Below, piece after piece: positions 1 to 14,100 of a DNA stretch of 64,000 nucleotides. A program made the position numbers and the translations under genes. The stretch's first letter is position 1; every line of letters starts with the position of its first letter. Origin of the DNA: an uncultured Candidatus Saccharibacteria bacterium (GTDB lineage Bacteria; Patescibacteriota; Minisyncoccia; Phycocordibacterales; DAORIS01). Under the pieces are notes generated by a model. The model was not told where the DNA came from. It saw nothing but the letters and a program-made list of their open reading frames with translations, and searched no databases. The stretch is taken from assembly GCA_964644035.1 (NCBI GenBank), contig CAZXUH010000001.1, positions 393,093 to 457,092 on the forward strand, given 5' to 3'.

Positions 1-1
1 G

Positions 2-2188
2 GGCTATGCCCCGTACTTTCTAGTGGTATCTGATCTCTTAAGATACGCTCACGAACACCACATTCTCACTACTATTAGAGGTTCGGTTGCAGGATCGATG
101 GTCACGTATCTCGCTGGTATTACCAATGTGAATCCACTCGAATACAAGCTACCATTTGAACGCTTCCTCAATCCTGAACGTCCTTCTGCTCCCGATATCG
201 ACATGGACTATGCCGACGATCGACGTGATGAAATGATCGAGTATGCCAAACAAAAATACGGCATGGATAAGGTCGCTCAAATCGGAACCTTCGGTACCAT
301 GATGGCTCGAGGTGCGGTGCGCGACGTAGCACGAGCACTTGGCTATCCATATTCTACCGGCGATAGTATTTCGAAACTCATTCCTATGGGTTCGCAAGGC
401 ATGCCCATGACGATCGACCATGCAATGGAAATTACACCCGAATTGACCGAACTGTATAAAAAAGATGAAGACAGCAGAGCAATCATAGACATGGCAAAGA
501 AGATCGAGGGCTGTGCACGTCACATCTCTGTACATGCTGCAGGAGTGGTGATTTCTCCTATACCTCTTAGTGAGATTGTCCCCGTCCAGCTTGATACCAA
601 AGACGGTGGAAAAATCATTACTCAGTACGACATGCACTCTGTCGACGAAAACAGCGCAGGGCTTCTTAAATTTGACTTTCTTGGTATTAAAAACTTGGCC
701 ATTCTTGCAGACGCAGTAGCATTGGTGAAAAAAATCGAAAACATAGATGTTGATATAGAAAACGTACCGGTAGACGATAAAAAAACCTTCAATATTTTGG
801 CAAAGGGCGAAACGATCGGTCTTTTCCAACTCAATGGTTCGGGTATGACCAAATTCCTTAAAGAGCTAAAACCTTCAACTATTCACGATATCAATGCCAT
901 GGTCGCCCTTTATCGCCCAGGCCCGATGGAATCGATTCCTAAATATATTGAACGCAAACACAATCCTGTTCTTGTTCAATATCTCGATCCGCGCATGAAA
1001 GAGATCCTCTCTCAATCCTTCGGCGTCATCACCTACCAAGACGACGTCATGCTTATCGCCATTCATTTGGCTGGCTATTCCTGGCTTGAAGCCGATAAAC
1101 TGCGCAAAGCGATGGGTAAGAAAATTCCCGAAGTTATGCAAGCTGAAAAAGGCAAACTGATGGAGGGTCTCTTGAAAAACGGCATGTCTCAGAAAAAAGC
1201 CGACGAACTGTGGAAACTTATTGAGCCTTTTGCTGCCTATGGTTTCAACAAAGCTCATGCTGCGAGCTATGGCCGCGTTGCTTATCAGACCGCCTACATG
1301 AAAGCCAACTTCCCGGCTATATATATGAGCGCTGTTCTCACGGCCGATTCTGGTGATGTCGAAAGAATTGCTGAAACCATTGCTGAGTGCAAACGCATGA
1401 AAATTGACGTCCTTGCTCCGGATATCAATGAAAGCTTCGAAGGATTTACCGTCGTTAAAAAGCAAAATGAACAAGACAAGATCAGATTTGGTCTCACGAC
1501 TATTAAAAACTTCGGCGAAGGTATAGCCAAGGTGATTATCGATGAACGCAAGAAAAACGGGCACTTCACTTCCCTTGCCAACTTTTTCGAACGTATCAAG
1601 GACAGAAATTTAAATAAAAAATCAGTCGAAGCACTTATCAAATCTGGTGCTCTCGATACACTTGGAGAACGCGGTATTATGCTTGCCAATCTCGATTCCC
1701 TACTCCAATTCAACAAAGAACACCGTGGTGCTGAAGGACACGATTCCCTTTTTGGTGATATGCAAGACGCATTGCCTGATCTCAAACTCGTCGACGCTCC
1801 GGCAGCTACTATCGAAGAAAAGCTTTTGTGGGAAAGAGAATTGCTTGGTTTGTATATTTCCGGTCATCCACTCGATAAACACAAAGAAAAACTAGCAAAA
1901 GCTGAAATGACGATTGGTGAAGTCAAAAAAACACTTCGCGAAGGCATGATGGCGGTTGTCTATGGCATGCTTGAAGAAGCAAAACCGTTTGTTACACAAA
2001 AGGGCGATAAAATGTTTTTTATAAAAATCGGTGATCACAGCGGTATTATGGAAGGAGTCATCTTCCCAAAACTTGCTAAAGAGCATGAGAAAATCATTAT
2101 TCCCGACAATTGTGTTGCTCTCAAAGGCAGACTCAGTATGCGCAATGGTGGTCTCAATCTCGTCGTAGAAAAAATGAAGCAGTTGTAA
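2..2188 (+). CDS. dnaE: DNA polymerase III alpha subunit (DnaE), C-terminal ~720 aa; 5' end lies outside the window
   Basis: The ORF is open to the window start, with no stop in frame before position 23. Motifs GYPYSTGDSISK, AGVVISP, HHH and OB-fold region are typical of DnaE finger/C-terminal domains. Stop TAA at 2186-2188. Confidence 0.85.
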   Translation, partial: GYAPYFLVVSDLLRYAHEHHILTTIRGSVAGSMVTYLAGITNVNPLEYKLPFERFLNPERPSAPDIDMDYADDRRDEMIEYAKQKYGMDKVAQIGTFGTMMARGAVRDVARALGYPYSTGDSISKLIPMGSQGMPMTIDHAMEITPELTELYKKDEDSRAIIDMAKKIEGCARHISVHAAGVVISPIPLSEIVPVQLDTKDGGKIITQYDMHSVDENSAGLLKFDFLGIKNLAILADAVALVKKIENIDVDIENVPVDDKKTFNILAKGETIGLFQLNGSGMTKFLKELKPSTIHDINAMVALYRPGPMESIPKYIERKHNPVLVQYLDPRMKEILSQSFGVITYQDDVMLIAIHLAGYSWLEADKLRKAMGKKIPEVMQAEKGKLMEGLLKNGMSQKKADELWKLIEPFAAYGFNKAHAASYGRVAYQTAYMKANFPAIYMSAVLTADSGDVERIAETIAECKRMKIDVLAPDINESFEGFTVVKKQNEQDKIRFGLTTIKNFGEGIAKVIIDERKKNGHFTSLANFFERIKDRNLNKKSVEALIKSGALDTLGERGIMLANLDSLLQFNKEHRGAEGHDSLFGDMQDALPDLKLVDAPAATIEEKLLWERELLGLYISGHPLDKHKEKLAKAEMTIGEVKKTLREGMMAVVYGMLEEAKPFVTQKGDKMFFIKIGDHSGIMEGVIFPKLAKEHEKIIIPDNCVALKGRLSMRNGGLNLVVEKMKQL

Positions 2189-2194
2189 AACTAT

Positions 2195-5100
2195 CTACGG
2201 AGTAGGTTCAGTTACCGGTGGTTCTTCTACTGGAGGAGTTTCCTGCTCAGATCCAGAGTCTGCTGGTGTATCCTCGGAAGGTGTTTCATCTGCCGAAGTA
2301 TCTTCTGGCGGCGGTTCATCACTCGGAGTTTCATCCTCTACAGGTGGAGTGCTTGAAGCATTGCCATCATCTGGTGGTGGTTCATCGCCGCCTCCATTAC
2401 CTGGATTTGATGGTGGGGGTGTGCTTCCACCAGTCTGATTGAGCAATGCTCGCAACTGGTCTTTGTTGATACATACATCATCAAGACAGAGTTCGCTTGT
2501 CTGAACCTTTGTAAAGACACCGAGTGTAGCCTGGATTCTATCGAAGATGCTTACTGAAGAGAGCATTGCAGATGTTGAGGCAATCAACTGTTCAAGCGTC
2601 GTCACCTTCATATCGAGTTCTTGTATACCTTGGACGAGATATGGAGCGAAGCTTGAGTATGCGAGAGATTTATATCCATCAGGATTGGTATTCACAAGAT
2701 CTGGGAATACTGCTTCTACTTCCTGAGCAATGAAACCTGGGTGTCTTTCTGCAGCATCATTTTCAGCAAGCCAGTTGAATGATACCGATCGAAGATTTCT
2801 TAGTTTCTCAAGACTTGATGATGTTGAGAGTGTTGCTATATTTTTCTTCAAACGTTGATCGGATGTACATGAGAGCGCTGAGCTTGTAGGATCGACGTCG
2901 CAGGTACCGTTGGTATTTTGGAATCGAGCGATGACACCAGTTGTTGAGGCATTACCTACCGACAACATGTATGCCGGTGTCGATGTACCAATACCGACAA
3001 AACCATTTGGCGCAACTTCGAGAACCGTCTCGTTAGAAGATGATGAAATTCGGAATGTACTATTAGCTCCAGGTATACCAGTAATATGCAATCGTGCCAA
3101 AGGACTTGTTGTACCAATACCAATGTTACCATCAGCATTGACTCTCAAGAGTGTAGCTCCGCTCGACGAAGCAACATCAAAAATAATTTTGGTTGGTCGT
3201 GTAGAAGTGCCTCGTACAGAGAACGTTGCCCCTGGGGTTGTTGAACCAATCGAAACAGCACCGTTTGAGATTGTAAGTACTGCTCCAAGGTATCCACCAA
3301 GCGCAGCTGTCATTCGCTGGTTGTAGCGTAATTCTCCATTAATAACTTCAAGAGAAGAACAACTTCGACCACCATGCTGACAAGTAATTGAGGTAATAAT
3401 ACCATTTGAATCGTACGTTGGGTCTGATGCCATGTTTTGTACTACCCCCGATGCATCGGATATTATGTCCATAGTATAGCCTCCGTGGAATAGGAAGCTT
3501 GAGGTGTTATTAAAACCAAGTGCTCGATATGAGTTGCCACTAGCATCAGCGTTATTTCTTTCAATCGTTAGTGCTGCACCTTTGAACGGTGTGGATGTTC
3601 CTATTGCCACTTGACCTGTAGAAAGAACTCTCATGAGAGTACCTGATGGCTTGCCTGGCGCATGATTAGTCGATGAAGATATTTCAAATAATGGTGTTGC
3701 ACCAGCTGCACCCGTAATTTGGAGACGTGCGATAGGTGTAGTTGTTCCAATACCGACATTATTCATGCCGGTTATAGTAAGATGACCTGAGCTGTTTATT
3801 ACAAAATCAGTATCAACAACCCCAGGGTAGGTCATTCTTAATTTATTATTCGTACCATATATCTGAAGTGTTCCTGGTGCAGCAGTTGTGTTATTTCCCG
3901 TCGTATTGATAATAATTCCATTGTTGGTGTGTATACCGCCGTTTACATCGAGTTTTACAAGAGGACTTGTCGTACCAATACCCACATTACCGGCTTGATT
4001 AATTTCAAGAAGGCTTACGTTGGTAGATGAAGAAATTCTAAATGGATTAGTGCCGCCAATACCCCTGACCTGGAGAGATGTCGCGGGACTAGATGTACCT
4101 ACTCCAACAAGTCCTCCTGAAGGATTAAGGCTCAAAGTCTTAGCTGTACTTGCACCATCTGTCACGTCAATTTGAAAATGTTGTACTCCACCTGGAGTTT
4201 GAATGGCAAAATCAGCCTGCAAGTTATTGACCTGACCAGTACGTTCAATACGCATTGTGGCCAATCCTCCTGAATCATTGATAGTTAAGATTTTTGCTGG
4301 ATTTGAATTACCAATACCTACATAGCCATTCTGAAGTATCTCAAACATACTTGAGTTTGTTGAAGAAGAAACTCTGAATGGACTTGAGCCAGCAGATCCT
4401 GTGACCTGGAACTTGGTCAAAGGTGTTGTTGTTCCGACTCCAACCTTGCCAGTACCCAATATAGTAAATATTTCATTTCCTGCTGGTGCATCCATAAATG
4501 AATACCTGTTGTTTGCAGAAGTGTAGAGATTGAATCTAAACTGACCGCTTTGAGCACCAAGACCCATAGTTGAGGTTCCATCGTCATAAATTGCCAATTT
4601 TGTATTTGCAGTATCAGAGCCGAGAGATACTTTGGTTGTTGGATTTGCAACTCCGACTCCAAAGTTTCCGTTTTGCAAAAGCTGAAGCATTACTGTATTT
4701 GTTGATGAAGCGATTCTAAATGGATTGGTACCTGCACTTCCTGTAACCTGAAGTTTTGCCGCAGGAGTAGTTGTACCAATACCAACCAATGTATCTTCAT
4801 TGAGAGTCATCACGTTGTTATTTCTAACAAAGAATGAAGCCGTGTCTGTGCTTGCTGCCGAGACCTGCATTGAGAATCGTTCAGTACCACCTGAGTAGAT
4901 GGCGAAACTGTCAGTATTGTCGTTAGGATTTTCAATCGAGAGATTTGCAGTACCGTTTGTTATTCCGACACCCACGTTACCATTTGAATTTATTCTAAAT
5001 ATAGAATTATTTGTTGAAGATGCGACTTCAAAGAGTGGCGTTGTAGGCGCAGAACTAATTCCCTTTACGTTGAGCTGTGCAACAGGCGTAGTTGTACCGA

Positions 5101-8100
5101 TACCTACCCTACCTCCCAATGCTGCGAGAAGAACATTTGCATACTCTACACCAGCTTTTAGACCAGGATTGATTGTAACGTTCCCAGCTGTTCCAGAAGT
5201 TCCTGCATCACCAGCAGTAATCGTAACTGCTCCACCTGTACCAGTACTACCGGCTGAGCCAGCAGTGATACTTAGACTTCCACCTACCGTACTAGCAGCA
5301 CCTGAAGCAGAACCAGCCGCCAATACGAGATTTCCACCAAATGAGTTCGAACCAGTACCTGCACCCGATCGAATAGTAATGACACCACCACCTGTACCAC
5401 CATTACCACCTTCTCCACCAATAATAGTGACCCCTCCACCAGCATCTGTTCCCGATCCACCCAACACTCTGAGAGCTTCAGGTGCATCAGAAGAAGAAAC
5501 ATCAGAAGCATTTAGTCCCTCTATAGAAAGAGTTGCGAGCGGAGTACTTGAACCAATACCTACCATACCATTTTGAAGAATCGAGAAGTATTCATTGCCA
5601 CCCGCTGAAGCTGCGTCGAAGATACCAAAACGATCGGGACCTGTGGCTGAGATCGACCATGTAGTTGTACCTACATTATATGTTCCAGCCCAGACCGAAT
5701 TCCATCGTGCACCTGTTGCTCCGAGATTGTATGCTGACATATTGCCGCTGTATGGTGCACTTGGAAGAATATCTCTCATCATCGATGTGCCAGCGACAGT
5801 AAGAAGACTTGTAGGTGTTGTTGTACCAATACCGACATTGCCCGTCATATAGTAAATATCATTTCCTGTCTGTGTCCATTTTGATAGACCAGGAATACCA
5901 AGTGAAGATGTTGATGTCCATACTGGAGCTGCAGTTGAACCTTGTGACAAAAGCACCTGACCAAGTGTACCAGCATTGTTATTGAAGAGCGTTGCACCTG
6001 ACTGATTAATTTCAAACATCTTCGTATTTGTTGAAGATGAAATGAGGAATGGGGTTACAGTTCCCGATCCAGTAACCTGAAGTCTAGAAATAGGTGTTGT
6101 TGTACCAATACCAACATTTCCAGCTGTAGGGTTGATGATCAAATTGCCTCCTGCAGAAACGAGATATGAGTACAGACCACTTACCCCCAAACGTATACCT
6201 CCACCAATTACACCAGTTCCCCAGTTGTTTGAATTAGTATTGAAACTTATTCGAGGATCTGTTGTCCAGCTGAATGTAGCTTGAGCATCAACACCAGAAC
6301 CTACATCAACCGTAAGATTTCCTTCAGCCACAGTTCCTATTTGCAATTCTGACGTTGGGATAGGTGTAGCAATTCCAACATGTCCATTCGCATTTATTCT
6401 AAATATTGATGCGCCAGTGGATGATGCAATATCTACAAGAGGTACTGTTGGAGCAGTCGATGAACCTCTGATTGCGAGCTGTCCGCTTGGTGTAGATGAT
6501 CCAATACCAAGTCGTCCTGAGAGATAGTTGTGATTTTCACCAACCATATACAAACCATAATTGACCTGTCCGCCAGTAGGATTGCCATAGTATGAGACAA
6601 CTGATGTAGGGCCGAAAATAAATGATACTCCAACTGGAGTTGATTTAACACCAATAAGAGCTCCTGATATATCATAATCACCACCTATGTCTATGATTGT
6701 TTTTGAACCCGCAATCGTAACAGATGAACCACCTGTTGTGAATGCAAGATCAGGATTTGAACTACTTGGATTAATAATGCCAACATTGCCAGTAACAGTA
6801 AGTTTTGAACTTGGATTGACTGTATTGATTCCCACATTGCCGTTTTGCAATATTTCAAGCAAACTTACATTTGTAGACGAAGCGATTCTGAATGGATTCG
6901 TTCCACCCACTCCTGTGACTTGGAATGTGGTCAGAGGTGTTGAAGTACCTACAGCAACTTTTCCTGTGTTGTAATAGATATCGGATCCATTGGTGATCCA
7001 TTGTGATGACGATGCAATATTTGCAAAACCAAGTGAAGATGTTGCTACCCATAGCGGTGCAGCAGTTGAACCTTGTGACAAGAGAACCTGGCCAAGAGTT
7101 CCTGCTGAATCATTAAATAATGTTGCGCCAGACTGATTAATCTCAAACATCTTCGTATTTGTTGAAGATGAAACAAGGAATGGTGATGAGCCACCTGCAC
7201 CTGTGATTTGCAGACGAGCAAGTGGGGATGTAGTGCCAAAACCTGAGTTTCCGCCAGTCAACATAGTCAATTTGACCGTAGCTGTTGGACCAATCATCAA
7301 AGAGCTAGCAACATCGTTGACGATAAAGTTACCAAATACGAGTGAGTTGGCTGCGGAAACCGTGTTGAACGAACCAACTGCTGTACCATAACCAACATTG
7401 ATCGTGTTGGAATTACCGATTGCAGTTGAGTATCCATCGATTGGACCGCTTCTACCATTTACAATATTGAAACTTCCGAGTGCCGCGTTGTATATACCAC
7501 CTCCGACATTGTTACTACCTCCGATTGCGATGCTATTACCAAGCGTTGATGTGGCACTATTGTATTGACCGATAATGATTGATTCTGGGCCGCTCGCAAC
7601 TTGGTTGTGTGCTGTTCTTCTGCTCTGAATATCAATTGATCGTGCACCACGTGCCGCACCGCTGGTATCTCCCATAATAATCGCTCCACTTGATCCAGGA
7701 TGACTTACTGAGAGTGCGCCGAATACTGTTGTTGTTCCAACAACAGAAAATATTGATGCTGGAGATGATGTACCCACACCAACACTACCCGAACTATTCA
7801 AGACGGACAGGACAGGACTGTCAGCACTGCCGTTTGACGTACTGTCACCAATAAATACACTACTTGCGCCGTCGGGTTGGATATACAAATCTGCCCAAGC
7901 ATTAAGAGCGGCACTATGTCCTCCAAGCCATGCTTGAGAATTGTATTCGCCCATCAAAAATGCAACATTGTCTCCGCCGGCTACAATTCTTCCTCTCCAT
8001 GAGGCAGTCGATGCGCCTGTACCGCGTACATAGAGTTTTGCACCGCCATTTGCCGAAGGAATATCGTTGGAACCAATTCCAACATTACCGTTTTGCTGAA

Positions 8101-11100
8101 CTTCAAACAAAACAGTATTCGTTGACGAAGCGATTCTGAATGGATTCGTTCCACCCACTCCTGTGACCTGGAGTGTTGTGAGGGGTGTTGAAGTTCCTAC
8201 TCCTACTTTGCCTGCAGTGTATGAAAGATCATTGACTGTTTTTGTCCAGTAGTTGATCGAGGCTGGGAGTGTTGTTGAACCCAAGATATAGTTCGATACA
8301 CGTTGATCTGTGTAATAAAGATTTGAACCTTCTGCAACATTTGTTGTCAAAAAGCCAAGCGATGAAGTTGAAGTCCAGAGTGGAGCTGCAGTTGAACCTT
8401 GTGACAGAAGTACTTGGCCCAAGGTTCCATTTTGATTGTTGAATGCTACAGCGCCAGATTGATTGATTTCGAACATCTTCGTATGAGTCGATGAAGAAAC
8501 CAAGAATGGGTTGTTAGCACCTCCTCCTGTTATTTGCAATCGCGCAAGCGGAGTTGTTGTGCCGAGACCAACATTGCCACTGAAGTAAGCTCCCCCATCG
8601 ATAAAGCTTATATAAGAAGTGCCGATACTCGTTCCACTTGACTGTGTAGTCGAACTAAACACCAATTGTCCTGAGGCATTGGTATATGTGTAACCCTGCA
8701 ATGCATCACTAATCGATGTTCCATGGCGCCACTCGATCGCACCACCTCGTCGTGGAGGAGTAGGTCCTGCCGAAAGACCAGTGAGCACAATTTTTCCTCC
8801 ACCAGTCTGCCAATCACCAACATACAGATCTCTTCCCGCATTTACAAATACATCGCTATAAAATGTTGACGTACCTGATCCCAAAACATTGAGCACACCT
8901 TCAGCTGATATATTTCCTGCGAAGTAACCATTACCAGCAACTGAAAGTTTTTCAATTGGTGATGAACTTCCAATACCGAAGTTACCGTTTTGCAAAAGTT
9001 GGAGCATTACCGCATTTGTCGAAGATGACACTCTAAATGGATTCGTGCCCCCTACTCCTGTGACCTGGAACGTGGTCAAAGGCGTTGAAGTACCTACAGC
9101 AACTTTTCCAGTGTTGTAGTAGATATCAGATCCGTTGGTAATCCACTGTGATGAAGATGCAACGCTCGCAAATCCAAGCGAAGAGGTTGCTACCCATTGA
9201 GGCGCTGCAGTCGAACCAAATGATCGGAGAATAAATCCTGATGTTCCGGCATCGTTGTTGAAGAGTACAGCACCTGATTGATTGATTTCAAACATCTTCG
9301 TATTTGTTGAAGAAGAGATGAGGAAAGGACTTGCTGTGCCCGCACCTGTTACCTGAAGTCGAGCGATAGGTGTCGTGGTACTCAATCCAATATTTCCAGT
9401 ACTCAAATCACCAAAAAGCGCATTGCCTATGTTTAAGAAATTGGAATCAGAAGCTGAGCGAGCAAGTACTGAACCGATAAGTATGTTATTCGCACCTGTC
9501 GTTGAGGTTGTACCAACCCGATAACCGAGCATAATGTTATTTGATCCAGATGTAAGTGCTCCGCCTGACTGATAACCCACAAGCGTATTGGCAGAATTTC
9601 CTGTACCACTGCCCTGACCTGACAAATAACCAATTGCTACGTTCGCAGAACCTCCGTTGTTTTGGCTTCCAGCGTGGTTACCAATGTAGACGTTTACCAA
9701 TCCACCAGCATTTGAAGATCCTGCACCAGTACCAAGAAATACGTTGTTGCTACCTGTACTGCCACTACCAGCCGAATTACCTAAGAAGAGGTTGTTGCCT
9801 CCCGAAACGTTACCTGTACCAGCATTCGATCCGAGGAAGATATTGTCCGAGCCACCAACATTGGAGAATCCAGACTGATTTCCAACAAAAATGTTGTCAT
9901 TACCGCTTGTATTTGAAAATCCAGACTGATTTCCAACAAAGAAGTTATATGCTCCGCTTACTCCAGCAGCAACAGGTGTTGCACCTCCCAAAAACAAGTT
10001 GCCGGTCGTTGTTGCCAATCCAAAGAGCTGTCCGCCTGAGTAATAACTCGTGCTATCAGTGATACCAGCTACCGTAAGTGCTGCCCATGGAGTGGTTGTA
10101 CCAACACCCACCTTTCCTGTCGCACGATAGACATTACCCGATCCAAGAGTCCAATAGTTAATCGAAGCAGGAAGTGTTGTTGAACCAAGTACATAATCAG
10201 ACACCCTTTGGTTTGTGTAATAAAGATTTGTTCCTTCTGCTACGTTTGTTGTGAGAAAACCAAGTGTTGAAGTAGAAGTCCAGACTGGTGCAGCTGTTGA
10301 ACCTTGCGACAAGAGAACCTGTCCGAGTGTTCCGTTTTGATTGTTGAATGCTACTGCACCCGACTGATTGATTTCAAACATCTTCACATTTGTCGAAGAT
10401 GAGATGAGGAATGGGGATGAGGCTCCAGCACCAGAAACATGTAATCGAGCTATTGGTGACGAAGTACCAATCCCAACTAGACCATTTCCAGTTATTGTCA
10501 TAAGTTCAGTAGCGCCTGAGCTAAAGAACGAAAATGCTTTGCCAAACGCTGTACCCGATGGCTGTGATGTACCTGAGAATAAATCAACACCGTAATTACC
10601 ATTGAGTTGGAAAACATTTACCTGTGCAAAATCTGATGGTCTGCGGTACTTTATAGGATTGTTGTAATCAAGAACGATTGAGCCATTTGCAATATCGAGT
10701 TTCTGTTGGGGGGTTGTTGTACCGATACCAACATTGCCTTGGACAATCAATCCATTCGTAGGAGGTGTCTGGTTGTAATATCCTGTACCAATTGCCGCAT
10801 ATCCATTAACACCAAGTAATGTTCCAACATATATTCCGCTATTGGTATCACCAGCAACACCAAGCTGCAATTTTGCACGAGATGCACCATCTCCAGTCAC
10901 CGCATCGAGCGTTGGCAATGAACCTGCACCACCGATCACCATACGTGCGAAGTTGAAGCTTGCATTTCCAGCACCATCGGGATCAGCGAACCAGATTTGT
11001 TTGTTGTTTACCGCATTGTATCCGAGTGAGAACAAGAAACCGCTACCGCTACTTACTCCGCTGAGTGAGCTGCCGGTAAATGCAATACCACGAGTAGAAG

Positions 11101-14100
11101 TTGCTCCAGTTGCTGATTGAGCAACAGTAAAGTTCGCAGCGGGAGTTGATGTGCCGACTCCGATATTCCCATTGTTCAAAATAGTGAAGAGTGACGTTCC
11201 GGTTGAAGATGAAACGTTGAATGGATTGACTCCACCTGTTCCTTGAAGATTGAATGTATACGATGACGATGATGCATTGATACCAACAACCGATCCATTC
11301 TCTCGGAGAATAGAATCTGTAAATGCGCTACCTGTCCATCGTGGCATGAAGCCCGATGTGAGAGAGGCGGTGATTGCTGATGAAGTAAAGCCAAGTGAAG
11401 ATGTTGATGTCCAAACAGGAGCTGCTGTTGAACCTTGTGACAAGAGGACCTGACCCAATGTTCCAGCCTGATTATTAAAGAGGGCTGCACCTGATCTATT
11501 GATTTCAAACATCTTCGCATTTGTTGAAGATGAAATAAGGAAAGGACTTGCTGTACCTCCACCTGTTAGCTGAAGTTTTGCAATAGGTGTAGTTGTACCA
11601 ATACCGATATTTCCTGAAGAATTAATTGTCATATGAACAACACCAATACCCGCTCCATCTCCAGTCATAAACTGTAGATCATTAAATGTGCTATCACCAG
11701 CAACAGTACCAATTACAAGTGCGTTGTTTTGTGCTCCTGTAACGACGTCTCCAGCAGAAGTTGTAAGTGCTGAGCCAACAAAACCAAAGTACCCTGTGGT
11801 GAGAGAACCATCCTGGAGCAAGGAGATTCCAGGGTTGTCATTCTCATCGTTATTATCAGTATCAGAATCAATTACAAATAAACCGTCGCCTGCTATACCA
11901 CCACTAACATGAAGACGACCGCTTGGAGACATAGTGCCGATACCGACATTTCCGTTTTGCAAAATCTCAAACAAACTTGCATTTGTCGATGAAGAAACTC
12001 TGAAAGGATTGGTACCACCTGTTCCCCTTACTTGAAAAGTATTGAGCGGTGTTGATGTTCCTACACCAACTTTTCCTGCAGTGTATGAAAGATCATTAAC
12101 TGTTTTTGTCCAGTAGTTGATTGAAGCAGGAAGTGTTGTTGAGCCCAAGATATAGTTCGATACACGTTGGTCTGTGTAATACAAGTTTGAACCTTCGGCG
12201 ACGTTTGTTGTGAAGAATCCGAGAGAAGATGTTGAAGTCCATAGAGGTGCTGCAGTAGAACCTTGTGAAAGTAGTACTTGGCCAAGTGTTCCGTTTTGAT
12301 TGTTGAATGCTACTGCACCTGACTGATTGATTTCGAACATCTTGGTATTTGTCGAAGATGAGACGAGGAATGGATTTGATCCTCCAACTCCTGTTACCTG
12401 CAATCGCGCAAGCGGAGTAGTTGTACCTACACCCAGATTTCCAGTTGATGAGATAGTGATCTTTGCAGAATCACTTGAACCAATCTGAATACTATTTGCA
12501 ATTGAGTTGTTGATGTTTTGTCCAATAATTGTCGCATCTGCTGCCGACACAATGTTGTTGTAACCAAAAATGAGTCCGTTACTTCCGCTTGAAGTATTTG
12601 CATTACCATAAAGTACTGAACCTCCGGCTTCTGCTAGGTTATCCCTACCGATAAGTACAGCATCAGACGAAGAAGCAATGTTACCTCTTCCGATCAATGT
12701 ACTATCGGCAGAAAAAGCATTTGCGCTGTTTGAGATACCAACAATAAATACATCTGCTGCCTCGTTAAGGTTCGATGATCCAAAAATAGATCCACCTGAA
12801 CCATTATTACTATTGCCCAGACCAAATGTAACAGCATTCGCTTTAGTCGAACTATTCGAGAGTCCAACTACAAACTGCTCAGTTTCAACACCTCCCCCCG
12901 TCAAAGCATTGTCACGACCAAAGGATGCACATTGTTCGCAATCCACTGAGTTTGCAAAACCAATTGCAATCGTTTGAACTCTGGACGCCTGGTTGTCGGC
13001 ACCGAAAGCTATTGCATTAACTCCGCTGGCTACCCATGTAGGATCGCCATGCGAAGATTGAATATCGATAGAGCTCGTTCCGCGCGCATTACCGGAAGTG
13101 TCTCCAATCACCACCGCATTTGTAATTGGATACTTCATTGAGAGAGCTCCGTAAATGCTTGTTGTGCCAACCACATACAACGGTGTTGCTGGCGTCGATG
13201 TACCAATACCAACATTACCTGTATTGAAGTAAATGTTAGCGCCGTTATTGATCCATTGTGACGAAGTAGCTGTACCTCCAATACCAAGTGATGAAGTTGC
13301 GACCCAGATAGGCGCAGCTGTTGAACCTTGAGACAAAAGCACTTGACCAAGCGTTCCAGCTTGGTTGTTGAAGAGCGCTGCGCCCGATTGATTAATCTCG
13401 AACATTTTCGCATTTGTTGAAGATGCAATGAGGAACGGACTTGCTCCACCAGCACCCGTGATCTGAAGTCGAGCAATAGGTGTCGATGTACCAATACCCA
13501 ATCGATCGTTTGTATCATCCCAAATAAAATTGGCTGCATCGCTTGAAAGATAACCGTTGGTCGATGCAAATGGAATGATGCCAGAACTAAACGCCGTAGC
13601 GCTGCTGTTTTGAAGCAAAATATTTCTATCGGTGTTGGCTGGTGAGAAGTAAAGCTGCGTTCCGTCGTATTCGACTGCTCCAGCTTCAGCCGATGTGAGG
13701 TTGGTACCAGGGCTGAACTTGAGAGGTGCCGTGCTTGCAGATGCCGTACCAGTTGCAAGATGAAGCAAAGCGCTAGGTGTTGTAACACTGCCTCCCAAAA
13801 ACAACTTACCGTTGAGTTTGCTGCTCAATCGGTCGGTCAAATTCAATGCAATAGTGCCATTGCCATCATAGAGATTCATTGCACCACCGTCGACATGGAT
13901 AAACGATGAACCATTTTGAGAGCGGAATGAGTATGAGTACACACCAATGTTTGGAACAATGCGAGCCTGACCCCCGGCACCAGTGAAGAGGGCGATACCG
14001 TCATCAGCAACGCTGAAACGCTCTACATCAGCACTGTTGAATGTTGCAAAATGCTTATCAGAACCACTACCGGTACTGCGAACAGTCAGACGATGCGTCG

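Noticed and set aside
4300-13450. A CRISPR-like appearance of regularly recurring near-identical segments
   Set aside because: The repeats are 0.8-1.3 kb apart, in-frame, and encode a repeated protein module. No short spacer architecture or cas genes are present.
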